Notes under the pieces: model-generated
The model's input: the letters and a program-made list of their open reading frames with translations, nothing else
Databases searched by the model: none
What the model was told of the DNA's origin: nothing
Shown here: piece after piece, positions 8,321-16,237 of the stretch
Position numbering within the stretch: the stretch's first letter is position 1
Layout of the letters: each line of letters starts with the position of its first letter
Source of the DNA: Thermoplasmata archaeon
GTDB lineage: Archaea; Thermoplasmatota; Thermoplasmata; Lutacidiplasmatales; UBA184
Length of the DNA stretch: 64,000 nt
Assembly: GCA_035504595.1 (NCBI GenBank)
Contig: DATJRQ010000008.1
Location: 28,065-92,064 of the forward strand
Reading direction: 5' to 3'
Position numbers and translations under genes: made by a program

Positions 8321-9511
8321 ATGGTTTCTGACCTGAAGACCGACGTGCTCGTCATCGGCGCCGGCCCCGCCGGAACGATGACCGCCAAGTGGGCCGCCAA
8401 GAACGGCGCCAAGGTGATGGTGATCGAGAAGCGGCAGGAGATCGGCAGTCCGGTCCGCTGCGGCGAGGGGATGAGCAAGGAGTGGCTCCCCGAGGTCGGC
8501 ATCAAGCCCGGCAAGTGGATCAACGTCGAGGTCGAGGGCGCCCGGATCTTCTCCCCCCGGGAGCAGGTCTTCGAGATCAACGAGAAAAGCGCGGGCAACG
8601 AGGTCGGCTACGTCGTCGAGCGCGACGGGTTCGACAAGCAGCTGGCGATCGACGCCGCGAACGCCGGCGCGGACGTCGTGCTGAAGACCGCCGCGGTCGA
8701 GATCCTGAAGGAGCAGGGAAAGGTCGTCGGCGCCCGCGTCAAGCAGTTCGGCCAGAAATTCGAGATCCGCGCGCCGATCACGATCGGCGCCGACGGCTTC
8801 GAGAGCCAGGTCGGACGCTGGGCGGGCCTCCCCACGAACCTCGCGCTCCGCGACATGGACACGTGCCTCCAGTACCGGATGACGAACGTCGACTCCGATA
8901 CGCGCTACTGCGACTTCTATCTCGGCAAGGTCGCCCCGGGCGGCTACGTCTGGGTGTTCCCGAAGGACGACGGCGTCGCGAACGTCGGGATCGGCGTCCA
9001 GGTCAGCCAGGTGAAGACGACCGCCGAGGCCCGCAAGTACCTGGACGACTGGATCGACCACCACCCCGGCTACGCGAAGGGGAAGAAGATCGACATGGTC
9101 GGCGGCGGGGTCTCGATCTCGGCGCCGCTCAAACAGACCGTCACGGACGGGTTCATGCTCGTCGGCGACGCGGCCCGGATGATCGACCCGCTCACGGGCG
9201 GGGGGATCGCGAACGGCTGCATCGCCGGGAAGATCTGCGGCGAGGTCGCGGCGAAGGCGGTGCACGCGGGGGACCCGTCGGCGGGGTTCCTCCAGGCGTA
9301 CGAGAAGGGATGGCGCGCCCGGCTCGAGGAGAAGCTGTACCGCAACTGGCTCGCGAAGGAGAAGCTGTGCACGATCTCCGACGAGACGTTCGACAAGATC
9401 ATCGACGCGCTCCAGGGGGTCCGGCTGCAGAAGCTGTCGGTCCACAACATCCTGAAGGCGGTCCACGACAAGTACCCGGAAGTGACGAAGGAGTTCGAGG
9501 CGTTCCTCTGA
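8321..9511 (+). CDS. Geranylgeranyl reductase (digeranylgeranylglycerophospholipid reductase family)
   Basis: ATG at 8321 inside ORF 8276..9511. FAD motif VIGAGPAGT, catalytic-Cys motif VRCGEG, GGYVWVFP and LVGDAARMIDP. Confidence 0.92.
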   Translation: MVSDLKTDVLVIGAGPAGTMTAKWAAKNGAKVMVIEKRQEIGSPVRCGEGMSKEWLPEVGIKPGKWINVEVEGARIFSPREQVFEINEKSAGNEVGYVVERDGFDKQLAIDAANAGADVVLKTAAVEILKEQGKVVGARVKQFGQKFEIRAPITIGADGFESQVGRWAGLPTNLALRDMDTCLQYRMTNVDSDTRYCDFYLGKVAPGGYVWVFPKDDGVANVGIGVQVSQVKTTAEARKYLDDWIDHHPGYAKGKKIDMVGGGVSISAPLKQTVTDGFMLVGDAARMIDPLTGGGIANGCIAGKICGEVAAKAVHAGDPSAGFLQAYEKGWRARLEEKLYRNWLAKEKLCTISDETFDKIIDALQGVRLQKLSVHNILKAVHDKYPEVTKEFEAFL

Positions 9512-9530
9512 ACGTCCCCGACCGCAACCG

Positions 9531-10172
9531 ATGCCCGGCGCGCCGAACCGTCCTCCCGACACGACCCCGGCCGCGCCGCTCGTAGCCCCGGTCCAGGAGC
9601 CCCCCGAGAAACGGGTGCTGCGCCGGCTCGCCCCGTCGCGCGTCGCCCTGCAGTGGGAGGGGTGGAAGGGCGCCCCGAGCGCCGAGCTCGTCGCCCCGTT
9701 GACGAAAGCGGACGCCGCCTACGCCGCCGGCGACTACCCGGCCGCGCTGACCGCGCTCGACCTGCTCTCGGTTCGGTTCGCCGAGCCGCGCTGGCCGTCG
9801 CTGCCCGAGCCGTTCCGCCGCCTCCGCGTCCCGATCCCGGCCCCGATGCCGCCGCACTGGAACCCCGACAACGCGCTCGCCCCCGCCGAGCGCGAGGCGA
9901 AGCGCGCCCGCGACACCGCCGCCGAACAGCTCCTCCTCGCGGAGGGATGCCTCGCGTGGCTCGCCGGGCACGGCACCGACGTCGCCGACCTCCGGCCGAA
10001 GCTCGAGGAAGCGAAGGCGATCTTCCCGAACGAGGGCGCGAGCGCCGGCTTCTACGAACGCATCGACCTCATCTGGGAGGGAATCCGGTCCCGGGTCCCG
10101 CTCCCGAAGGCGCCCGCCGGCCGGGCCGCCCCGGCGCCGGCCGCGGCGGACGCCGAAGCCGGCGCGGCGTAA
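9531..10172 (+). CDS. Hypothetical protein (helical, Ala/Pro-rich ends)
   Basis: ATG start. The central part (KADAAYAAGDYPAALTALDLL ... EEAKAIFPNEGASAGFYERIDLIWEGI) is protein-like. No family recognised. Confidence 0.55.
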   Translation: MPGAPNRPPDTTPAAPLVAPVQEPPEKRVLRRLAPSRVALQWEGWKGAPSAELVAPLTKADAAYAAGDYPAALTALDLLSVRFAEPRWPSLPEPFRRLRVPIPAPMPPHWNPDNALAPAEREAKRARDTAAEQLLLAEGCLAWLAGHGTDVADLRPKLEEAKAIFPNEGASAGFYERIDLIWEGIRSRVPLPKAPAGRAAPAPAAADAEAGAA

Positions 10173-10178
10173 CCGACC

Positions 10179-10511
10179 GTGCCGAGCGACGAGCCCGCGC
10201 CACCGAAGCGCCGTCGCGTGGTGCGCGGGGACGGCGAGGTGACCCAGTGGCCCCGCGGGCTCTCCGGCTACGTCGCGAAGGGTCCGGAGGACGAGACCCC
10301 GTCTCCGGAAGAGGACCGCACGGGGAACCGGCTGCGTCTCGCCGCCCGGCTGCTGTCGGTGCTGCGCTCGCAGGGGCGCGACGTCGACCGGGAGGTGCGG
10401 GAGCTGACCGCCGCGGAGCGCGCGTACGCCGGCGGGGACAAGGCGACCGCGACGCGGCGGGTCGACCGCCTGTTCGCCGACCTCGACGAACGCCGCCCTC
10501 CGGCACCTTAA
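10179..10511 (+). CDS. Hypothetical small protein sharing an AYAGGD motif with the upstream gene
   Basis: GTG start 7 nt after the upstream stop. Contains AAERAYAGGDKATATRRVDRLFADL. Confidence 0.45.
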   Translation: MPSDEPAPPKRRRVVRGDGEVTQWPRGLSGYVAKGPEDETPSPEEDRTGNRLRLAARLLSVLRSQGRDVDREVRELTAAERAYAGGDKATATRRVDRLFADLDERRPPAP

Positions 10512-10539
10512 GCGGCCGACCGCCGTTCCCCGCGCCGGT

Positions 10540-11541
10540 ATGCCGCCGCCCCGCTTCGGCACGTTCTCGATCGTCGCCCACGACCCCGACACCCAGAGCT
10601 GGGGGGTCGCCGTCCAGTCGCGGTTCATCTCGGTCGGCTCGGTCGTTCCGTGGGCGCAGGCCGGGGTCGGGGCGATCGCGACCCAGGCCGCGGCGAACGT
10701 CTCCTACGGGATCGTTGGACTCCAGCTGCTGCGCGAGGGTGTCCCGGCCGCGGAGGTGGTCCGCCGGCTCACCAGCGACGACAAGGGTCGGGACGAGCGG
10801 CAGCTCGGCGTCGTCGACCGGAACGGCGGCGCCGCCGCGTTCACCGGTAAGAAGTGCATGGACTGGGCCGGCCACGAGGTCGGCGACGGGTTCTGCTGCC
10901 AAGGGAACATCCTGTTCGGCCCGGCGGTCGTGCGGGCGATGGCGCGCGCCTACGAGACGACCCCCGGGGACGTCATCGACCGGATGATCGCCGCGCTCGC
11001 CGCGGGCCAGCGCGAAGGAGGGGACCGCCGCGGGATGCAGTCGGCGGCGCTCTACCTCGTGAAGAAGGGCGCCGGCTACGGCGAGGGAGAGCGGTGGGTC
11101 GACCTGCGCGTCGACGACCACCCGTCGCCGATCGAGGAGCTGAAACGGATCTTCCAACTGTACGACCTGACGATGCTGAGCCGGGAGGACCCGGCCACCC
11201 TCGTGCCGATCGAGGGCGAGACGGCGAAGGGGCTCCAGCACGACCTCGCGCTCCTCGGCTACTACTCCGGCCACTTCACCGGGACGTGGGACGACGCGAG
11301 CCGCGCCGCGTTCACGCGGTTCCTGGGCGAGCACAATTTCGAGAACAAGCAGCGCGACGACCTCAAGGTGTGGCCGTCGATCGTCGTCTACCTCCGGGAG
11401 AACGCCGCCGCCGAGGCGGCGCGCCGGACGAAGACCGCCCCGATCGTCTCGAACGCGCTGAGCCGGGGGCCCGGCGCCCAACCGAAGGGAGGTGGCGCAT
11501 CCCGGACCGCTCCCCCGCCCGCGAAGAAGAAGTCGAAGTGA
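10540..11541 (+). CDS. DUF1028 (Ntn-hydrolase-fold) protein with a C-terminal PG_binding_1-like domain
   Basis: N-terminus GTFSIVAHDPDTQSWGVAVQSRF is typical of DUF1028. The C-terminal GLQHDLALLGYYSGHFTGTWDDASRAAFTRF matches the putative peptidoglycan-binding repeat pattern. Confidence 0.85.
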   Translation: MPPPRFGTFSIVAHDPDTQSWGVAVQSRFISVGSVVPWAQAGVGAIATQAAANVSYGIVGLQLLREGVPAAEVVRRLTSDDKGRDERQLGVVDRNGGAAAFTGKKCMDWAGHEVGDGFCCQGNILFGPAVVRAMARAYETTPGDVIDRMIAALAAGQREGGDRRGMQSAALYLVKKGAGYGEGERWVDLRVDDHPSPIEELKRIFQLYDLTMLSREDPATLVPIEGETAKGLQHDLALLGYYSGHFTGTWDDASRAAFTRFLGEHNFENKQRDDLKVWPSIVVYLRENAAAEAARRTKTAPIVSNALSRGPGAQPKGGGASRTAPPPAKKKSK

Positions 11542-11753
11542 CCGCCGAGGTCCGGCGCTCCTGCGGCTCTCCGGCCGAGGCGGAGCGGTTCCGCGTCGCG
11601 GTCGCGGCCGACAACCCCGAGTACGTGCGCGTGACCGTCGAGGGATCCGAGCTCGTCGTACGCGTCGCGGCGTCCGCCCCGGCGAGCGCCCGCGCCACGC
11701 TGGAGGACCTGCTCGCGTGCCTCGGGGCCGCGGAGCGCGCGACGCCCCGCTAG
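11538..11753 (+). CDS. KEOPS complex Pcc1-like subunit (tentative)
   Basis: GTG at 11538 in a GTGA overlap with the DUF1028 stop; about 71 aa. The pattern ..AEAERF..VTVEGSELVVRVAASAPASARATLEDLLACL fits the Pcc1/CTAG fold signature. Confidence 0.5.
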   Translation: MTAEVRRSCGSPAEAERFRVAVAADNPEYVRVTVEGSELVVRVAASAPASARATLEDLLACLGAAERATPR

Positions 11754-13567
11754 CGGCCCAGGAGAGGGGCGAGCGCGTCCGTGAGCAGCGATACTACGTC
11801 CTCGACCTTCGCCACGATCCCCACGTCGACCTCGCGGAACACGGGCGCCGCCGGGTCCGAGTTGACTGCGAGCAGCGCGTGCGCCCGTTTCCAGCCGACG
11901 AGGTGATTGGCGGAGCCGCCGACCCCCAGCAGCACCCCGAGTCGCGGGGCCGGGGAGCGCCCGGTCAGACCGACCTGGAACTGGCGCGGCACCCAGCCGG
12001 CGTCGACGACCTTGCGGGTCGCGCCGAGCGCCGCGTCCCATCGCGTGAGCATCGGCGCGAGCGCGTTCAAGCCCGCGGGCCCTCCGATCCCCATGCCCAC
12101 CGCGATCACGACGTCCCGCTCGTCCAGCGTGGGCGTCTCGACCGGGACCTCCTCGCCGGCGTCGAACGGGAGGAGCGGTGCGTCGAGCGCCGGGGGATCG
12201 ATCTCGGTCCAGTCGAGGACGGACGCCGACGCTCCGGAAACGGCCTCCGCCCACGCCCCCGGTCGCACCGTCGCGAGGCTGGGGCGGGTCCGGCTCACGA
12301 TGCCGGCGATCGTTCGCCCCCCGAACGATGGCTTCGACCAGAGCAGCGAGGCGTCGGCCCGCGCGCTCACGCCGACCGCGTCCCCGACGAGACCGAGCCC
12401 CCGGGAGGTTGCGGCCCGGGCCGCGACCTCGCGTCCGAACGAGTCGGAGAGGAACAGGGCCGCGGCGGCGAGCTCCCGGCGGTCCACGAGGAGCCTGAAC
12501 GCGCGGGCGACCGACCCGGAGTCGGTCGGGAGCGACGGCACTCGCACCTGGTACCCGCCGACTGCCCCGGCGCGCGCGAGGCGCTCGAGGGAGGCCGAGT
12601 CCGGCGCGTCGCCGATCCAGACGGCCGAGGGCCAGAACTCAGGGAGCGAACGGCGGACCTCGCTCAGGAGCGCCGGGGCGCGGGGAGCGAGGCGGCCGCT
12701 CCCGTCCGTGACCAGCACGAGCACTTCGCGGTCGTCCGCACGAGGTGCCGGCACGGAACCGAGGGGATTCGGAGCGGGCCGCGGGTTCGACAGGAGAGGC
12801 CGGAGCAGCTCGACGGCGCGCGCCACCTGTTCCGCCGCCGTCCCGTCGGCGACCACCACGGGGGAGCGACGGGGCGCGTCCTCGGAGACGGAGACGACGA
12901 CCGTCGGCGACCCGGCCGTCCCTACGGTCGCCGGGTCGACGGGGATCCGGTCGAGGTCCCACGTTTCGATGTCGGAGAGAGGGACCGCGGCGCGCTCTTC
13001 GGGCGAAACCTTGCCCGGCTTGATGATCTTCTCCCCGACCGACACAACGAGCGGCGCGTGCGTCGCGTACGTCGCCCAGCCGGTGTTCGTGTCGACGGTG
13101 ACGACCACCCCGGGGCCGTCGACCGCGCGGCCGATCCCGCGCGCGCCGGTGAGGACCGGGACGTGGAGGAGGCCCGCGACCTCGGGCCCGACCTGGCCGG
13201 TCTCACTATCGGTCGTCCAGCTCCCCGTGAGGACGAGGCCATGTCCGACGCCGAGCAGCGCCGCGGTCAGGGTCCGAGCGGTCGCGAGCGTGTCGGAGCC
13301 GGCGAGACGCGCGTCCGTGAGCAGGATCACGCGGTCGGCGCCCATCGCCTTCGCGTCGCGAAGCGGTTCCCGGGCCGCGAGCGGTCCCATCGAGATCACG
13401 GTGACCGTTTCGCCCTCCTTGCGAAGTTGGAGCGCGACCCGGAGGGCCCGTTGGTCGAACGGATTCAGGAACAGCGCAGCGCCCTCGCGGACCACGGCGC
13501 GACGCTCGGGGTCGTAGCGAAGGTCGTCGAGCGGTGGCACCGCCTTCACCAGAACGGCGAAATCCAT
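11750..13567 (-). CDS. Fused electron transfer flavoprotein, EtfB-like N-half plus EtfA-like C-half
   Basis: N-terminus AVLVKAVP..LNPFDQRALRVAL..VISMGP..DRVILLTD is EtfB-like. C-terminus VIAVGMGIGGP..LGATRKVVDAGWVPRQFQVGLTGRSPAPRLGVLLGVGGSANHLVG is the EtfA FAD domain. One uninterrupted 605-aa ORF. Confidence 0.88.
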   Translation of the reverse strand: MDFAVLVKAVPPLDDLRYDPERRAVVREGAALFLNPFDQRALRVALQLRKEGETVTVISMGPLAAREPLRDAKAMGADRVILLTDARLAGSDTLATARTLTAALLGVGHGLVLTGSWTTDSETGQVGPEVAGLLHVPVLTGARGIGRAVDGPGVVVTVDTNTGWATYATHAPLVVSVGEKIIKPGKVSPEERAAVPLSDIETWDLDRIPVDPATVGTAGSPTVVVSVSEDAPRRSPVVVADGTAAEQVARAVELLRPLLSNPRPAPNPLGSVPAPRADDREVLVLVTDGSGRLAPRAPALLSEVRRSLPEFWPSAVWIGDAPDSASLERLARAGAVGGYQVRVPSLPTDSGSVARAFRLLVDRRELAAAALFLSDSFGREVAARAATSRGLGLVGDAVGVSARADASLLWSKPSFGGRTIAGIVSRTRPSLATVRPGAWAEAVSGASASVLDWTEIDPPALDAPLLPFDAGEEVPVETPTLDERDVVIAVGMGIGGPAGLNALAPMLTRWDAALGATRKVVDAGWVPRQFQVGLTGRSPAPRLGVLLGVGGSANHLVGWKRAHALLAVNSDPAAPVFREVDVGIVAKVEDVVSLLTDALAPLLGR

Positions 13568-13631
13568 CCGGTCGACCCGCCGCCACCACGCGACGCGGGA
13601 GAATAAGTACGGGTCCGGGCGTCGCCCGCCC

Positions 13632-14513
13632 GTGGAATCGTCCGCCCGCGACCGTCCCGTCCCGGTCTACCGCTACGGGCTCGGCGTCGTGATCACGGTC
13701 GTCGCGATCCTCAGCCAGTACTTCGTCCCGCAGAACATTCCCGCGGCGCTCGCTCTCTACGACAACCTCCCCGGTGACCTGTTCGTCGTGTACGGCATCC
13801 CGGTGATCGCGTTCGCCGTCCTCGTCGGCGCCGGTCCCTTGCGGAACTGGAAGCGGCGCATGGAGCTCGCGACGATCGAAGGGCTCGGCTGGTATGGGGT
13901 CCTTTCCCTGCTCGCGCTCGTCATCGTCATCGCGCTCGCGATCGTGTACGAGGTCGTCGACCCGTCGGTGCTTCAGCAGCTGAACAAGCCGAACCCCGCG
14001 CTCACGCAGGCCGCGAGCAACCCGTGGTTCTGGGTCGGGTTCTCGTTCGTGGTGGGCGCGTTCGAGGAGACGATCTTCCGGGGGTGGATCTTCGGGTTCT
14101 GGCGGAACCGGAGCGCGAACTGGATCGCTCCGGCGCTCTGGACGAGCGCCCTGTTCGCCGGCGTCCACCTGTACTACGGGCAGACCTACGGGACGGCCGC
14201 CCCGCTGATCTTCCCGAGCCTCTTCCTCGCCGGCTTCGCCTTCGCCGCGACGTACCAGGCGTCCGGCGGGAACCTCGTGATCGTGGCGCTGCTGCACGGC
14301 GCGAACGACGCCACCGCCTTTCTCACTCTCGTGAACCTCGACGCCGGCCTCGCGGCCCACTACCTTCTGATCCTCGGCGGGGCCGTCGTCGGTCTCGTCT
14401 GGTTCCTGAACGAGAAGCGCGGACCGATGTTCGCGCCCGCCTGGGCGCGCCCGGAGGCTTATACCGACGGGGAGAGGATGAGCTCGACCCAGATCCCGTC
14501 GGGACCCTCGTAG
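13632..14513 (+). CDS. CPBP family intramembrane glutamic endopeptidase (CAAX protease/Abi)
   Basis: Motifs EETIFRG, FAGVHLYY and LLHGANDA in a polytopic membrane protein. GTG start with GAATAAGTA about 25 nt upstream. Confidence 0.88.
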   Translation: MESSARDRPVPVYRYGLGVVITVVAILSQYFVPQNIPAALALYDNLPGDLFVVYGIPVIAFAVLVGAGPLRNWKRRMELATIEGLGWYGVLSLLALVIVIALAIVYEVVDPSVLQQLNKPNPALTQAASNPWFWVGFSFVVGAFEETIFRGWIFGFWRNRSANWIAPALWTSALFAGVHLYYGQTYGTAAPLIFPSLFLAGFAFAATYQASGGNLVIVALLHGANDATAFLTLVNLDAGLAAHYLLILGGAVVGLVWFLNEKRGPMFAPAWARPEAYTDGERMSSTQIPSGPS

Positions 14514-14845
14514 TACGCCACGACGACCGTGCGGCCCTCCTTGAACTGGTCGACCAGCCGGCCCCCCGCCGCCGTCAGTTGGCGACCCGCCGCGGCCATG
14601 TCGTTCACGCGGACGCCGATGTGGTCGAGCCCCTCGCCCGGTGAGAACGGGGTCGCGTACGGGCTGCCCTTCGGGTAGTAGTTCAGCTCGAGGCGCTGGC
14701 CCGACGCTCGGTCCTGGAAGAGGACCCACACGCCCCCGTGGTCCATCGTCCCCCGGCGCACCTCCGTGAGGCCGAGTCCCTTCTCGAGGAACTTCGTCGC
14801 CTTCGGGAGGTTGGTCACGCGGATCCCGGTGTAATCGAGATGCAT
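14459..14845 (-). CDS. VOC/glyoxalase family protein
   Basis: IRVTNL..FLEKGLGL ... LDHIGVRV..: the paired beta-alpha-beta-beta-beta pattern of glyoxalase/bleomycin-resistance proteins. The 3' end overlaps the convergent CPBP gene by 55 nt. Confidence 0.8.
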   Translation of the reverse strand: MHLDYTGIRVTNLPKATKFLEKGLGLTEVRRGTMDHGGVWVLFQDRASGQRLELNYYPKGSPYATPFSPGEGLDHIGVRVNDMAAAGRQLTAAGGRLVDQFKEGRTVVVAYYEGPDGIWVELILSPSV

Positions 14846-14931
14846 GCTCCGCTCACCCGGACGCTCCAGATAGGGATTCCCGAACCGCCGAGCCCGGAAT
14901 CGTCTTGTAACCGGCCCGGCTCGCGCGGCGC

Positions 14932-15369
14932 ATGGCCCCGACCGACGCCCAGCTCCGGGAGATCCTCACGCGGGCCCGGACCATCGCGGTCGTGGGGCTT
15001 TCCGACAAGCCGGAAAAGGATTCCAACGAGGTCGCCCGGTATCTTCGCTCGCAGGGGTACCGGGTAATCCCGGTGAATCCCGCCGTCCCCCAGGTCTTCG
15101 GAGAGACGTCCTACCCATCGCTCGGGGCGATCCCGAAGGAGATCCGCGTCGACATCGCCGACATCTTCCGCCGCAGTGACCAGGTCGTACCGATCGCGCG
15201 GGAGGCGGTACGCCGCGGCATCCCCGTCGTCTGGATGCAGCTCGGCGTCGAGAACGCCGAGGCCGGCAGCATCGTGCGCGAGGCCGGGGGCACCGACATC
15301 GAGAACCTGTGCATCATGAGCCAGCACCGACGCCTGGGCCTGCCCGCGGTCGGCCCCGCGAAGGAGTGA
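14932..15369 (+). CDS. CoA-binding domain protein
   Basis: IAVVGLSDKPEKDSNEVARYLRSQGYRVIPVNP is typical of CoA_binding_2. Confidence 0.85.
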   Translation: MAPTDAQLREILTRARTIAVVGLSDKPEKDSNEVARYLRSQGYRVIPVNPAVPQVFGETSYPSLGAIPKEIRVDIADIFRRSDQVVPIAREAVRRGIPVVWMQLGVENAEAGSIVREAGGTDIENLCIMSQHRRLGLPAVGPAKE

Positions 15370-15375
15370 GCTCGA

Positions 15376-16185
15376 GTGGCCGCGGCCGCCCCGCCTCTCG
15401 CCGGACCGCCGTCTCCCCGACCGGCCGCTGCCCCGGTGCCCCGCGCCGGCACCATCCGGGACCGCGGCATCGTCCGGTACGATGCGATCCGCGCGACCCG
15501 GTGGTTCTCCTCGGGAGTGGCGAAGGTGCTCGGGGACGTGGACGTCACCGAGGGTCGTGCGCAGGGACTCGTCTCGGTCGGGGGGAAGCTCGTTGCCGGA
15601 TCCTTCCGCGCCGAAGGGACCTTCGAGGTGGTCGGGCGAGTGGACGTCCGGGACGACCTGACCGTCGAAGGGACGACCCGGCTCGTTGCTCCTCTTCACG
15701 CCGGCGGGCTCACCTCAGAGGGCTCCTTCCATACCACGGCGGAGGTGCGGGTCGACCGCATATGGACCGCCTCCGGCATCGTGGAAGCTCCGTCCGCCCA
15801 GGTCGGGGCGTTCCTTCTGAACGGCACCGCGGACATCGCGGGCGACCTTCAAGCGGTGGGGCTGGTGCGCGCGCAGTTCCGGGGCGACTCGCAGGTCGGG
15901 ACGATCCGGGGCGCCAAGGTGGTCCTTCACGGCCCGCCCGCGGGAGCTGTCCCGAGCCTCATACGCTCGGTTCTGGGAGGAGCCGCGGCGATCCGCGTGG
16001 ACCGGATCGAGGCGGAGTACGTGGAGCTCGGCGCGGTGGACGTCGGCTTCGTCCACGCGCAGCAGGTGACCCTCGGAGCCGGCGCCCACGTGACGACCGT
16101 CGAGGGGGAGGTCGTACGTCGGCACCCCTCCGCGCGGGTCGGCTTTGAGTCGCATTCGCCGCCCCCCCACGGCCTGCACCGATAG
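15376..16185 (+). CDS. Bactofilin-like (polymer-forming beta-helix, DUF583-like) protein
   Basis: GTG start 6 nt after the CoA-binding gene. Long run of short G/V/D-rich beta-strand repeats (VLGDVDVTEG..VSVGGKLVAGSFRAEGTFEVVGRVDVRDDLTVEG..) with a Pro/Ala-rich N-tail. Confidence 0.6.
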   Translation: MAAAAPPLAGPPSPRPAAAPVPRAGTIRDRGIVRYDAIRATRWFSSGVAKVLGDVDVTEGRAQGLVSVGGKLVAGSFRAEGTFEVVGRVDVRDDLTVEGTTRLVAPLHAGGLTSEGSFHTTAEVRVDRIWTASGIVEAPSAQVGAFLLNGTADIAGDLQAVGLVRAQFRGDSQVGTIRGAKVVLHGPPAGAVPSLIRSVLGGAAAIRVDRIEAEYVELGAVDVGFVHAQQVTLGAGAHVTTVEGEVVRRHPSARVGFESHSPPPHGLHR

Positions 16186-16237
16186 GCGCACCGCCCGCCC
16201 CGACCCGTTATCTCTCCCGGGTTCGTCGGCGCGCCGG

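Noticed and set aside
10540-11541. Bacterial contamination or chimeric contig, suggested by the peptidoglycan-binding-type domain.
   Set aside because: The gene shares composition, codon bias and a 4-nt overlap with an archaeal-type Pcc1-like gene. It is flanked on both sides by archaeal hallmark genes on the same contig.
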